From: Candidatus Microgenomates bacterium
Lineage (GTDB): Bacteria; Patescibacteriota; Microgenomatia; UBA1400; UBA12108
Reading direction: 5' to 3'
Assembly (NCBI GenBank): GCA_003576945.1
Contig: QEVC01000003.1
Coordinates: 391-64,369, forward strand
DNA length: 63,979 nucleotides
Below, in pieces: positions 1 through 9,791 of the stretch. The position numbers were made by a program, and so were the translations under genes. A model generated the notes under the pieces. It ran no database searches. It saw only the letters and a program-made list of their open reading frames with translations, and was not told where the DNA came from. The number at the start of each line of letters is the position of its first letter. The first letter of the stretch is position 1.

Positions 1-2
1 TG

Positions 3-245
3 GTTCAGGTTTTCTTGACTGATCAAGCAATCAAAGATTTTAAGAAAATATCTGTCGTAAATCAAAAAAAAATTAAAAAAAGACTTTCACTTCTCGAAAA
101 GGACAATCTTGCAGGTAAAAAACTGACTGGAAAATTGAGCGAACTATATTCACTGCGAGCATGGCCTTATAGAATACTATACGTAATCCAAAACAAAGAA
201 GTCTGGGTAACCCACATCGCCCATCGCCAAGGGGTATACAAGTAG
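3..245 (+). CDS. RelE/ParE-family type II toxin (5' end at the window edge)
   Basis: Small basic protein with RelE-like C-terminus (LYSLRAWPYRILY...IAHRQGVYK). The frame stays open to base 3 (VQVFLTDQA), and bases 1-2 'TG' would complete an ATG starting just outside the window. Confidence 0.8.
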   Translation, partial: VQVFLTDQAIKDFKKISVVNQKKIKKRLSLLEKDNLAGKKLTGKLSELYSLRAWPYRILYVIQNKEVWVTHIAHRQGVYK

Positions 246-318
246 TACTATTGCTGTGTCACGCGACTAGTACGTATGACACTCCTATATAGGCAAATTT
301 CAGGTGTTAAGATTAGTT

Positions 319-732
319 ATGGATAAAAAGTATCCCAAAGTTGTCGTTGGATGTTTTATTCGTAACACTCAGGGCGAGATATTGCTAGTAAAATCTTATA
401 AATGGCCCGGGTTGTGGGTGGTGATGGGTGGTCACATCGAATGGGGAGAATCGATTGAAGCCGCAGTAATCAGAGAGACAAAAGAAGAGCTAGGCATAGC
501 TGTCATCTTCGATCGCGTTATCGAAGTCGCAGAATTTGTTAATGATCCCACTTTTCACAAATCAAAGCATTTTGTCGCACTACAATGCGAATGTCACCTC
601 TCAGATACTAGTCAGCCACCTATCCCCGATAATAATGAGATCCAGGAAGCTCGGTGGTTCCCACTAGACCAGGCACTCCTCCTAGCTGACGTCCTTCCCC
701 AGACCAAACACACTCTACAAAAGCTATCTTAA
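319..732 (+). CDS. NUDIX hydrolase
   Basis: Nudix box GGHIEWGESIEAAVIRETKEELG. ATG at 319 preferred over GTG at 304. Confidence 0.9.
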   Translation: MDKKYPKVVVGCFIRNTQGEILLVKSYKWPGLWVVMGGHIEWGESIEAAVIRETKEELGIAVIFDRVIEVAEFVNDPTFHKSKHFVALQCECHLSDTSQPPIPDNNEIQEARWFPLDQALLLADVLPQTKHTLQKLS

Positions 733-756
733 TTGTCATGGGGTATAATTCACGCC

Positions 757-1368
757 ATGCCAAGCAAAATCATCTTTGTGCGCCACGGTCATACTTCTCA
801 CAATAGCACGGACCACAAATCTAATCGCTTAATGGGTTGGGATAGCGATCATGTTGGCTTGTCCGCTGAGGGGAGATTGGATGCTCAAATCACGGCCGCC
901 AAGCTCAGTAAATATTCATTAGATGCTATTTACTACTCTGATCTACGACGAACCAGCGAAACTGCCGAGATTATTACCAACATTCTCGGTATCAGCGCCA
1001 CCCCCAATGTGCTTATTCGTGAACGTAATCTTGGGAGCTTCGCTGAGCACACAATGCACGATCTTAAGGTCAACCGATCAAAAGAGTGGGAAAAATTTCT
1101 CGACCATCATGATCCAGACTGGACTATTCCCGGTGGGGAATCGCTCCGCGACGTCCACACTCGCTTTGCCCAGATGCTCAGTTTTTTATCAACTAATCAC
1201 AACAATCAAACAGTGCTATTAATTACTCATTCTGGCTATATCCACACAGTGCTTCGTGACCATTTTGGATTTTTTGCTAAAGACACTTTTGTCGAGGTTG
1301 ACCATACCTCCCATACAGTTTTGACAAAAACTCAAAGCTCATACGAATTAACTCTCTACAACCAGTAA
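757..1368 (+). CDS. Histidine phosphatase family (phosphoglycerate mutase-like)
   Basis: FVRHGHT motif, IRERNLG, PGGES, and LITHSG. TATAAT at 744-749 lies 7 nt before ATG 757. Confidence 0.9.
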   Translation: MPSKIIFVRHGHTSHNSTDHKSNRLMGWDSDHVGLSAEGRLDAQITAAKLSKYSLDAIYYSDLRRTSETAEIITNILGISATPNVLIRERNLGSFAEHTMHDLKVNRSKEWEKFLDHHDPDWTIPGGESLRDVHTRFAQMLSFLSTNHNNQTVLLITHSGYIHTVLRDHFGFFAKDTFVEVDHTSHTVLTKTQSSYELTLYNQ

Positions 1369-1426
1369 CTACACACCACCAACTTATCGACCCTATTCAT
1401 CAAAAACTGTCTAATTAACACGTAAG

Positions 1427-1669
1427 GTGACAATATTTGATGGCCGCTGCCTTACCGATGACCGTGCTAAAGAACTACACCGGTATTTACTTGCTCAAAA
1501 ACCCAACTTAAACCTCGCCTGGCGAAACCACTGTGTCAATCCGGACACGCAGGCCGTATCCCGTCAACTTGGCAGTATTCTCGAAGCTATTGATCTTTGT
1601 AACTTGCACGAACTGTCGCCTGCAGATTACGCTCTAATCGCTAGTCTCAGTGTTCTTCGGGTTGTTTAG
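1427..1669 (+). CDS. Hypothetical protein
   Basis: 80-aa ORF (GTG start) filling the gap between two genes; no motif recognised. Confidence 0.4.
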   Translation: MTIFDGRCLTDDRAKELHRYLLAQKPNLNLAWRNHCVNPDTQAVSRQLGSILEAIDLCNLHELSPADYALIASLSVLRVV

Positions 1670-1714
1670 CACTCTCCCTTGTCATCTGCTACAGTTGTAT
1701 TTATAATCTCCTCT

Positions 1715-2587
1715 ATGGCAACCAAACGCGATTATTACGACATCTTAGGGGTAAATAAATCTGCTAGTGAGGCAGAACTTAAGAGTGCCTATCGTAAACT
1801 TGCCTTACAGTGGCATCCCGACCGCAACAAAGACAAAGGTGCCGAAGCCAAGTTTAAAGAGATCAACGAGGCGTACGAGGTCTTAAGCAACAAAGAAAAG
1901 CGTGCTAAATATGACCAGTTTGGGCATGCCGCTTTTGATCCTTCTGCTGGTTTTGGCGATTTTGGTGGTGGACAATCTTATCGCTCCGGACCATTTACTT
2001 ATACCTATGGTTCTGGTGGTGGTTTTGAGGATCTCTTTGGCAGTCAGGGGCAAGGTGGGTTCCAGGATCCCTTTAATATATTCGAAAGTTTCTTTGGGGG
2101 TCAAAATCCTTTTGGTGGTCAGTACAGACCCAAGCCTCACTATAGCCTCGCCATCGAGTTTATGGACGCCGTGCACGGGGTAGAAAAAAGCTTTGTCCAT
2201 GAGGGGAAGAATTATACTGTCAAAATCCCTGCCGGTGCCGACGATGGTACTCGTATTCGCTACAACGAGTTTGACATAAGCATTAGTGTCAAAGATCACC
2301 CAAAGTTTAGGCGTGAGGGGAGCGATGTATATTTGCTCCACGAGATCCCTTTTACACTTGCTCTGCTTGGTGGGGAAACCACGATCCCCACACTGGACGG
2401 TGATCTAACTATTAAGATTAGGCCTTCAACCCAACCCAGTACCACCATACGGCTCTCCGGCAGGGGCATTAAGTACTTAAGAAGCAGCTCCCGCGGCGAT
2501 TTTTATATTAAGTTAAAAGTCATGTTCCCCGAAAAATTGAGTCGTAAGGCGAAGGACCTTGTACAACAGCTCGCAACTGCTCTATAG
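1715..2587 (+). CDS. dnaJ: DnaJ-class chaperone (J domain, G/F region, C-terminal domain; no zinc finger)
   Basis: DYYDILGV...WHPDRN J domain, G/F-rich linker, IPAGADDG and IRPSTQP motifs. TATAAT at 1702-1707 lies 7 nt before ATG 1715. Confidence 0.88.
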   Translation: MATKRDYYDILGVNKSASEAELKSAYRKLALQWHPDRNKDKGAEAKFKEINEAYEVLSNKEKRAKYDQFGHAAFDPSAGFGDFGGGQSYRSGPFTYTYGSGGGFEDLFGSQGQGGFQDPFNIFESFFGGQNPFGGQYRPKPHYSLAIEFMDAVHGVEKSFVHEGKNYTVKIPAGADDGTRIRYNEFDISISVKDHPKFRREGSDVYLLHEIPFTLALLGGETTIPTLDGDLTIKIRPSTQPSTTIRLSGRGIKYLRSSSRGDFYIKLKVMFPEKLSRKAKDLVQQLATAL

Positions 2588-2595
2588 TAGTGTTC

Positions 2596-3705
2596 ATGGA
2601 CAACTTTTCAAGCGACGCCCCTAGTGTGCAAAAAGTGCCCCCCATCATGCCACCCCCTCTTCTTACCGAGCCCGATACCACTCCCGAGCTACCAGTCAGC
2701 AAACCAAAGTCAACCTCGCCAATCATCCCAGTCCTTTTTGGAGTTGTCGTTGTTGTCATTCTTTCTGCTGTCCTGGCAGGACTATATTACTTTGCCAAAC
2801 TCAAAAAAGAAGTCGCTAGCGTCACCCCCTCTCCCAGTCCGACGATCATAGCTAGTCCAACCGCCGAGCCGAGTAGTACCGCAACCGCCAGTGCTAGCCC
2901 CAAAACTAGTGCTAAACCAAGTGCTAAGGCGAGCAGTAAGCCCACTTCTGCCTCTGCTACCCCAAAACCCTCTCCCTCTGTCTCATCCTCACCAACTCCT
3001 ACTCCAGTGACCAGCAACGCTACTCTAGATGTTCGCTTTGGCAACCCCAGTGCGCTCGTCAAGCAGACCTATGATGATGGCTCAGGTGATGGGCGTGTGA
3101 TTAACCGCGAATTTAGTAGTATTCAATTCGGTGAGTTTGACGAATTAAAAGCCAGTTGGTCCGTCAAAGTTACTACCTGTTTCCATGTTGTCAGCAATCA
3201 AGACTTAGAGGGGAATAAACTTGGCTACACTCTCCGTGAAGATGACAAGGTTTTGGTTGAAGGAACCCTTTCACAATATGCTAAGGTCGAAGCTGGTAAA
3301 ATTTATGATGTTTGTCACGACGTAAGCTCGAGCATTGGTAGTCACAAGCTAGAGCTTACTATCAATAACACCAAATCACTCGGCGAAGTGACCTATGCCA
3401 ACAACACTGCCAGACTAGACTATAAAAATCTCGCAGACAACATTGCTCCCAACTTTACGCTCGCTGGACCCTACAATTGGAATGAAAATGGTACTTGTTT
3501 CTTGATTAATTACCCCGAAGATAACGTTACCCCAGTTAGCAGTCTCAAGGTTGAGCACAAAGTCGATACTGCAGACTGGACGACTCAATCTGCTGCTCAA
3601 TACTGCTTCAAAGGTACCACTGGGAGCGCACGCACCTATAGCGTTCGCATAACCGACGCTCGTGGCAACAAAAACGAACAAAGCAGTACCTTTAATCTAT
3701 ATTAA
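2596..3705 (+). CDS. Membrane-anchored surface protein with S/T/P-rich linker and beta-rich (Ig-like) ectodomain
   Basis: One TM segment, a long PSPSP/SAKPSAK linker, then a beta-rich domain. Confidence 0.7.
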   Translation: MDNFSSDAPSVQKVPPIMPPPLLTEPDTTPELPVSKPKSTSPIIPVLFGVVVVVILSAVLAGLYYFAKLKKEVASVTPSPSPTIIASPTAEPSSTATASASPKTSAKPSAKASSKPTSASATPKPSPSVSSSPTPTPVTSNATLDVRFGNPSALVKQTYDDGSGDGRVINREFSSIQFGEFDELKASWSVKVTTCFHVVSNQDLEGNKLGYTLREDDKVLVEGTLSQYAKVEAGKIYDVCHDVSSSIGSHKLELTINNTKSLGEVTYANNTARLDYKNLADNIAPNFTLAGPYNWNENGTCFLINYPEDNVTPVSSLKVEHKVDTADWTTQSAAQYCFKGTTGSARTYSVRITDARGNKNEQSSTFNLY

Positions 3706-3714
3706 GGAGCCAAC

Positions 3715-4596
3715 ATGCAAAAATCAGCAGCAGTTATTATCCTAAGTTTAGTTCTGTTCTCATTGCTCGCTTTACCTGTGCGCGCCGACTATCTCTACGA
3801 TCGCTCTGGCACTTTAATCTCTATTGACGGTTCAGTTCTCGGGGACGACGCTTTAGCTGGTGAGGCAGAGAATGAGGTAGAAGCTGCAACCGAACTAGAG
3901 TTGAAACGTGTAGAGCAGAAAAGAGAGCAAGACAAAAAAAAGCTGGAGCGAGAGATTGAGGCGCGTAAAAAGTTAAACGAAAAGAAAGCAATAAAATCTC
4001 AACTCGAAATTAAATCAGAAGATGGTAAGTTTAAGCTTAAGCAGGAGACTAGAGATAAAGATGGTCGTATCACCAAGAAGGAAGTCGAGCTCAAAAAAGG
4101 CGAATCCCTTCACGTTGAAAACGAGCAAGGTGAACGCACCGAAATCAAGTCTATGGTCATGGATCGGATAGAAGAACGTCAAGAAAATCGTGAAGAAAGA
4201 AAAGAAGAGAGGGTCGAGAACCGCGAACAAAAACTCGAAATGATCAAAGACAAAGTCAAAGCAAGAACAGACTTTAGCTTAACGGTTGACGAAGATAATA
4301 AGTTAATTATCACCAAGCTCGATGGCAGCAGTCGGGTCATTACCATCCTACCTGATCAAGCAGTCACCAAGCTCCAAGAAAAAGGAATCCTGGTCGAGGG
4401 CGAGACTCCCGAGTTAACCGAAAACGAAGCAGGGGAGGCAGTTTATAAAGTTAGTAAAGAAGAAGAGCGTCGGTTCTTGGGGATTGCACTCAAATTTAAA
4501 CGGGAGAGCGAGGTCTCCGCAGAAACAGGCGAAGTCAAAACAAAATCTGGTGAGACCAACCCAGTCAAACGCTTGCTAGAACGGTTCCTTTTTTAA
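3715..4596 (+). CDS. Exported hypothetical protein with highly charged helical region
   Basis: Signal peptide (LALPVRA-D), E/K/R-rich middle, SD-like AAGGAG upstream. Confidence 0.7.
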   Translation: MQKSAAVIILSLVLFSLLALPVRADYLYDRSGTLISIDGSVLGDDALAGEAENEVEAATELELKRVEQKREQDKKKLEREIEARKKLNEKKAIKSQLEIKSEDGKFKLKQETRDKDGRITKKEVELKKGESLHVENEQGERTEIKSMVMDRIEERQENREERKEERVENREQKLEMIKDKVKARTDFSLTVDEDNKLIITKLDGSSRVITILPDQAVTKLQEKGILVEGETPELTENEAGEAVYKVSKEEERRFLGIALKFKRESEVSAETGEVKTKSGETNPVKRLLERFLF

Positions 4597-4599
4597 ACT

Positions 4600-4887
4600 A
4601 TGAAATACAAACTCTCACTCCTACTCATGATTTTGTTGTTAACCTCTGCTCCAGCCGTACTCGCTGCCGACGACACAGTTAAAAGACGTCCAGATCAAGC
4701 TGAGTTTGTAACCGAAAGTCATGTCAGACTAACTACCAAGAGTTTAACTATTGCCGAGATAACCGAATCAACTCCAGCCACACAGAGTACAACTAGTTTT
4801 TGGGACTATGTTACTCAATCTTTTTCAGCTTTTCTTCAGTCACTGCGTGATATATTCAACTCAAGTAATTATATAAAGAAAGGTTGA
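4600..4887 (+). CDS. Exported hypothetical protein
   Basis: Signal peptide ending AVLA-A; tightly packed in the operon. Confidence 0.6.
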   Translation: MKYKLSLLLMILLLTSAPAVLAADDTVKRRPDQAEFVTESHVRLTTKSLTIAEITESTPATQSTTSFWDYVTQSFSAFLQSLRDIFNSSNYIKKG

Positions 4888-4889
4888 TT

Positions 4890-5417
4890 ATGAAAAAAAT
4901 CATACTCGCTACTTTACTTCTACTTATTTCGTCATTTCCTGTCAGTGCTGAAGATGGCAAGACCTTGCGTGAAACCAGACTAGAAAACCGTCAAGAAATC
5001 AAAAATGAGATCAAGGAAAATCGTGAAGAGATGCGCGAGCTGCGGACCGAGAATCGTCAAGAGGTTAGAAGTGTCGTCGCCGAAAACCATGCAAACCGCC
5101 TCGAGCGACGCTTTAAATTCTACTACGATCGTCTTAGCGGAATCGCAATTAGGCTACAAACTAGACTAAATACTCTAAAATCAGGTGGTAAAGACACATC
5201 GACCGCTGAAACCAAATTGACCGAAGCCAAAACTAAGCTCGAAACAGCTAAATCTCTCGGCTCTCAAGCTGTTGCCGCCTTTCGCGCTATTGATCCAACT
5301 AAATTTGAAGAGCAGAAAGCTGAGGCCAAGGCAGCCCGTGACTTAGCCGTCCAGGCTCGCACTGCATTCAAGGATGCGCTTGTGCTATTAAATAGGGTGC
5401 TCAAGGAGGTCAAATGA
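4890..5417 (+). CDS. Exported coiled-coil hypothetical protein
   Basis: Signal peptide (PVSA-E), ENRQE repeats, helical heptads. Confidence 0.7.
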   Translation: MKKIILATLLLLISSFPVSAEDGKTLRETRLENRQEIKNEIKENREEMRELRTENRQEVRSVVAENHANRLERRFKFYYDRLSGIAIRLQTRLNTLKSGGKDTSTAETKLTEAKTKLETAKSLGSQAVAAFRAIDPTKFEEQKAEAKAARDLAVQARTAFKDALVLLNRVLKEVK

Positions 5418-5668
5418 ACAAAGCACTTCTCATTCTAGTTGCCGCTGTCATTCTCGGAGGCTGCACACTTGGTGCAGGCATGACCAAACAGTCTTCTACT
5501 GACTCAGATAGCATTATGTCTCCTGAGCCCACACCTCAAGCTAGCCAGATGCCTGACACTGAGCTTGAAACTATGCCCGAAACCAAAACGAGTACTGACG
5601 AAGAGAGTATCGAAGCAGACCTTAAGTCGACCGTGATCCTCGAAGAAGACTTCTCAGACCTAGAATAA
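5414..5668 (+). CDS. Small acidic lipoprotein
   Basis: Lipobox-like LGGC after a hydrophobic stretch; ATGA overlap with the upstream stop. Confidence 0.65.
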   Translation: MNKALLILVAAVILGGCTLGAGMTKQSSTDSDSIMSPEPTPQASQMPDTELETMPETKTSTDEESIEADLKSTVILEEDFSDLE

Positions 5669-5685
5669 TAAGTAATCAGAGTTTG

Positions 5686-5694
5686 TGCTACAAT
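5686..5694 (+). promoter_or_regulatory. Extended -10 promoter of the nusA operon (TGcTACAAT)
   Basis: TG-n-TACAAT about 135 nt upstream of the nusA ATG. Confidence 0.55.
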
Positions 5695-5724
5695 ACACTC
5701 TAAGGTTTAGTGTATTTTACGTTG

Positions 5725-5746
5725 AAGGTGGGTTTCCCACCTTTTT
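5725..5746 (+). terminator. Terminator-like hairpin in the nusA leader (possible attenuator)
   Basis: AAGGTGGG-TTT-CCCACCTT followed by TTT, between the putative promoter and nusA. Confidence 0.6.
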
Positions 5747-5782
5747 ATGTATTATTCACTGTTATAGATTATTATTTCTTAA

Positions 5783-5810
5783 TACTATGTACTATGTACC
5801 ATGTACCATG
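5783..5810. repeat. Tandem heptamer (TACYATG)x4
   Basis: TACTATG TACTATG TACCATG TACCATG. Confidence 0.9.
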
Positions 5811-5830
5811 TATTCAAATAAGGAGCATTT

Positions 5831-7066
5831 ATGACTCAAGTCAAATCAGAATTTATGCTTGCACTCAACCAGATCTGTGCTGAGCGCGGCATCGATCCCC
5901 GTATGGTAATCGACGCTATCAAAACCGCCATTCTCGCTGCTCTCAAGCGCGATCTTGGCCTAGCCGAAGAAGAGGCTCTCGTTGGTTACGAAGTTAGTGT
6001 CAACGAAGAGACAGGTGCCATCACCGTTACCAAAGATGGTAAGGACGCCACACCTGCCGGCTTTGGTCGCATTGCCGCCCAGGTCGCCAAACAGGTAATT
6101 ATGCAAAGAGTCAGAGAAGCTGAAAAAGACGCCATCATTGCCGACTATAGTGACAAAATTGGGAGTTTGGTTACCGGCATGATCCTCCGTTTTGATGGGC
6201 CAAACGTTGTCATCGATATCGGTCGTGGCCAGGCCATGATGCCCCAAGCCGAAGCGATCCCCAACGAGTTCTATCGCCTTAACCAACGCGTCGCTGTCTA
6301 TATCAAAGAAATTAGAGACACCTACAAAGGTAAGACTATTATTGTAAGTCGCAGCGCGCCCGAGCTTGTCAAAGAGCTCTTTGCCCGCGAAGTCCCTGAG
6401 GTAGGCGCAGGTAGTGTCGAGATTGTCGCTATTGCTCGCGAGGCTGGTCATCGCACCAAAATTGCAGTCAAAAGCACTGAAGATGGCATTGATCCAGTAG
6501 GTTCATGCGTAGGTCAAAAGGGTGTCCGTGTCCAAGCCGTAATTAACGAACTAAATGGTGAAAAAATCGACATTGTCGAATACAGTAGCAACCTAGTTGA
6601 ATACGTCAAAGCCGCCCTCGCTCCCGCCGAAGGCTTTGAAGTAAATATCGATGAGAGTAAACGCAAAGTTACTGTAACTGTTCCCGATGATCAACTCTCT
6701 TTGGCTATCGGCCGCGGGGGTCAAAATGCTCGTCTTGCCGCCAAACTTCTTGGCTTTAAGGTCGACATTAAGGGTGTTACCGAAGGCAGTGTTCACTCCG
6801 TGACTGGTGAAGAGGAATTTGAAATCGATCGTCTAGGTCTCGGCAGCAAGGTTCGCAACACTCTTCTTGATCTCAAAATCACCACAGTTAAAGAACTTGA
6901 GACTAAGCTAGATTCACTCAAAGCAACCATTGATGAGCTAGACCCTCGTGCCTTTGTCGAAACTGGCAAAGCGATCGCTCGTTTCTACAAAAAAGCCGAC
7001 ATGGCGAAAGAAGAAGCAGAAAAAGCTGCTCGCTTCGCTGCCGAGCGTGAAGCCGAAAATCGATAA
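5831..7066 (+). CDS. nusA: Transcription factor NusA with a C-terminal extension
   Basis: FGRIAAQVAKQVIMQ, S1 domain, KH domains (AREAGHRTKIAV, GSCVGQKG, LSLAIGRGGQNARLAAKL). Confidence 0.97.
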   Translation: MTQVKSEFMLALNQICAERGIDPRMVIDAIKTAILAALKRDLGLAEEEALVGYEVSVNEETGAITVTKDGKDATPAGFGRIAAQVAKQVIMQRVREAEKDAIIADYSDKIGSLVTGMILRFDGPNVVIDIGRGQAMMPQAEAIPNEFYRLNQRVAVYIKEIRDTYKGKTIIVSRSAPELVKELFAREVPEVGAGSVEIVAIAREAGHRTKIAVKSTEDGIDPVGSCVGQKGVRVQAVINELNGEKIDIVEYSSNLVEYVKAALAPAEGFEVNIDESKRKVTVTVPDDQLSLAIGRGGQNARLAAKLLGFKVDIKGVTEGSVHSVTGEEEFEIDRLGLGSKVRNTLLDLKITTVKELETKLDSLKATIDELDPRAFVETGKAIARFYKKADMAKEEAEKAARFAAEREAENR

Positions 7067-7105
7067 TACTATTAACTTGGTACTAACAACTAGGTACTTA
7101 TGACT
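7064..7105. repeat. Six consecutive degenerate heptamers ending in ACT, spanning the nusA-infB junction
   Basis: TAATACT ATTAACT TGGTACT AACAACT AGGTACT TATGACT. Confidence 0.75.
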
Positions 7106-8527
7106 AATAGCCGTCCCCCAATCATTGCGATCCTTGGCCACGTTGACCATGGCAAGACGACGCTTCTCGACTATATTAGAAGTAGTCATATCGCTGTCAA
7201 AGAGGCTGGCGGCATTACACAAAGTATTGGAGCCTATCAGGCTAATTTTAAAGATCATACTCTGACTTTCATCGACACACCCGGCCACGCAGCCTTCGCT
7301 AAAATGCGCAGCCGCGGTGCTAGTGTTGCCGACATTGCCGTCCTAGTCGTCGCTGCTGATGATGGTGTTATGCCTCAGACTGCGGAGAGCATTAAATATA
7401 TTCAGGCTGCCAAAATCCCCTTTGTTGTTGCAATCAACAAAACCGACAAACCCCAAGCCAATCCCGAACTCCCCAAGGCTCAACTTACCGAGCACCAGGT
7501 CTTTGTCGAAGGTTATGGGGGGAATACTCCCTTCGTTTTAATTTCAGGCAAAACTGGGGCAGGGGTCGATCAGTTGTTAGAAACCCTCCTCCTCCTGGCA
7601 GAACTCGAAGAGCTCAAAAATGACGCAAGCGCCCCACTCCAGGCGCCTATTATCGAGTCTAAGCTCGATATGAAGCGGGGAGTCTTAGTCTCGGCAATTG
7701 TTAAAGAGGGAACACTCAAAACTAGCGACACTGTCTATGTGGGTGGGGTCGCATCGAAAATTCGCTCGATTATCAGTTACGCTGGCACCCAGATCCCCAC
7801 CGCAACTCCTGGCACTCCCGTCCAACTATTGGGATTCAACACTGTCCCATACGTCGGGCAAGTTATTACAGATCAGCCCGTTTCCCCAGATGAAGCAGAG
7901 GCGGACGCTAGTGGAATTGCCAAAGTTGCCCCCATGCCAGCCAACCGTCTCAAATTAATTGTCCGCACTGATTCTCTTGGTTCTCTTGAGGCCTTAAGGA
8001 GCAGCTTTACTGATGAAATTCAGGTTATTGAGGCAGGCACCGGTGACGTCTCCGAGAGCGATGTGTTACTCGCTCGCACCACTGGTTCTCTCATTCTCGC
8101 TTTTGCGGTGCGTATTCCAAGTAGCGTTGCCAAGCTTGCCGAGCTCGAAGGAGTTGTCATCAAATCCTATAAAATCATCTATGAACTCCTCGAATATCTC
8201 GAGAAAAAGATCCTCCGCCTCATGGAACCCACGATTGATGAAGATCAGTTGGGTAAGGGCGTCATTATTAAAGTATTTGATATCAATGGTGATCATATTG
8301 GTGGAACCAGAGTAGAATCAGGCAAACTAAGCGTGGGAGACACTGTTCACATTAAAAGAGGTACTGATGTTAATAAAGAAGCTAGGATCAAAAATATAAG
8401 AACTGGCAAAACCGAACTAAAGGAGATTGAAGCCGGCAAAGAATGCGGCATCCTCTTCTCTCCCAATCTTGACATCCGCGAAAAGGACGTTATAATAGCC
8501 TATAAGAAAATTAAGACGGAAGATTAG
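7100..8527 (+). CDS. infB: Translation initiation factor IF-2 (short form lacking the N-terminal domain)
   Basis: [46 protein letters not shown]. Confidence 0.97.
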   Translation: MTNSRPPIIAILGHVDHGKTTLLDYIRSSHIAVKEAGGITQSIGAYQANFKDHTLTFIDTPGHAAFAKMRSRGASVADIAVLVVAADDGVMPQTAESIKYIQAAKIPFVVAINKTDKPQANPELPKAQLTEHQVFVEGYGGNTPFVLISGKTGAGVDQLLETLLLLAELEELKNDASAPLQAPIIESKLDMKRGVLVSAIVKEGTLKTSDTVYVGGVASKIRSIISYAGTQIPTATPGTPVQLLGFNTVPYVGQVITDQPVSPDEAEADASGIAKVAPMPANRLKLIVRTDSLGSLEALRSSFTDEIQVIEAGTGDVSESDVLLARTTGSLILAFAVRIPSSVAKLAELEGVVIKSYKIIYELLEYLEKKILRLMEPTIDEDQLGKGVIIKVFDINGDHIGGTRVESGKLSVGDTVHIKRGTDVNKEARIKNIRTGKTELKEIEAGKECGILFSPNLDIREKDVIIAYKKIKTED

Positions 8528-8546
8528 TCCGAAATTTCTTATAACT

Positions 8547-9428
8547 ATGCAAGATCAACTAAACGCGTTAAAAGCCAAAATTCAAGAGATAAATTCCGTT
8601 TTAATTACCTTTGCCGCAACTCCCAACCAAGATAGCATCGCTGCCGCGCTTGCCTTCTATTTGTCACTCAAAAGCTCAGGTAAAAAAGTTGTGGTTGCCG
8701 CAAGCCAGCCCGTAACTGTCCGTGATTCACACCTAGTCGCACTCGACAAAGTCAAAACCGACATTGGTGGTAATAACTTGGTAATTACTTTAAATGTTCC
8801 CGAAGATCGAGTCGATAAGGTAACCAGCAATACCGAAGGCGGTCACCTTAACTTAATCATTAACCCTAGGGAAGGTGCTGAGCCCGTGACCGAAAAAGAC
8901 ATTGTCTTTGGTTACTCTGGTGCTGTGGCTGACTTAATCCTAGTTATCGGCGCTGCCGACCTAAAAGACGTTGGTACTCTTGTCGAAAAAGAAGTCGAAT
9001 TGTTTAGTAGTTCCACCATTGCCAATATCAGTAACCAGGTAGGTAGTTTTGGCGCGATCAACATTACAGATCCATCTAGTAGTAATAGCGAGCTAGTTAC
9101 CGCCCTACTTAAAGAACTGGCTCTCCCCATGGATGTCGATATTGCCAACAACTTAATGATTGGTATTGAGGCCGGGACCGACAACCTTAGTAGTCCCAAC
9201 ATGACCGCCGATACCTTTGAAGCCTTGGCCGTTCTCTATCGTACCGGCGCCCGTCGCCAGGTCAAAACCATCGTTCCTCAGCAAGCTAAGATTGTGGCCG
9301 ACATGCCCATTATTGATACTGACTCTCGTAGCGAGCTGAAGAATCCGAGCGAAGCGGGGCAACCAGTCGCTGAGCCCCAAGCCGATTGGCTCAAGCCTAA
9401 AATCTATAAGGGTGGCTCGACCAATTAA
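8547..9428 (+). CDS. Degenerate DHH/NrnA-like protein
   Basis: DHH-like layout (PNQDSIAAALA, SSSNSELV, IANNLMIGIEAGT) but no DHH motif. Confidence 0.6.
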   Translation: MQDQLNALKAKIQEINSVLITFAATPNQDSIAAALAFYLSLKSSGKKVVVAASQPVTVRDSHLVALDKVKTDIGGNNLVITLNVPEDRVDKVTSNTEGGHLNLIINPREGAEPVTEKDIVFGYSGAVADLILVIGAADLKDVGTLVEKEVELFSSSTIANISNQVGSFGAINITDPSSSNSELVTALLKELALPMDVDIANNLMIGIEAGTDNLSSPNMTADTFEALAVLYRTGARRQVKTIVPQQAKIVADMPIIDTDSRSELKNPSEAGQPVAEPQADWLKPKIYKGGSTN

Positions 9429-9500
9429 TTCGCCATTGCCAGATTGCCCCTCGTAAGTTACAATACATCAAGTTAATTAACATACCAGTTAGAAAAACCC

Positions 9501-9767
9501 ATGCTAAAAATCGATAACAAAACCAAAATTATTAAAAAATTTGCAACAACGAAAGGAGACACTGGATCTCCCGAGGTGCAGATTGCCCTCTTGACTGAGC
9601 GTATCAAGGAGCTCACTGAGCACTTGAAGGTTCACAAAAAGGACAATCATTCTCGCCGCGGTTTACTGAAAATGGTCTCCAAACGTCGCCGGCTTCTCAA
9701 CTATTTGAGAACTAGCGTCGAAGACCGTTATCGTGCCCTGGTCAAGGCCTTGGGTCTCGCCAAATAA
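9501..9767 (+). CDS. rpsO: 30S ribosomal protein S15
   Basis: [13 protein letters not shown]...[25 protein letters not shown]. Confidence 0.98.
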   Translation: MLKIDNKTKIIKKFATTKGDTGSPEVQIALLTERIKELTEHLKVHKKDNHSRRGLLKMVSKRRRLLNYLRTSVEDRYRALVKALGLAK

Positions 9768-9791
9768 CGAGGGGTCCGGTTAAAAAATCTC

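Noticed and set aside
241-293. Short inverted repeats after the toxin gene (GTGTCA...TGACAC; CCTATATAGG)
   Set aside because: Arms of 5-6 bp, no U-tract; expected by chance or at most a weak terminator.
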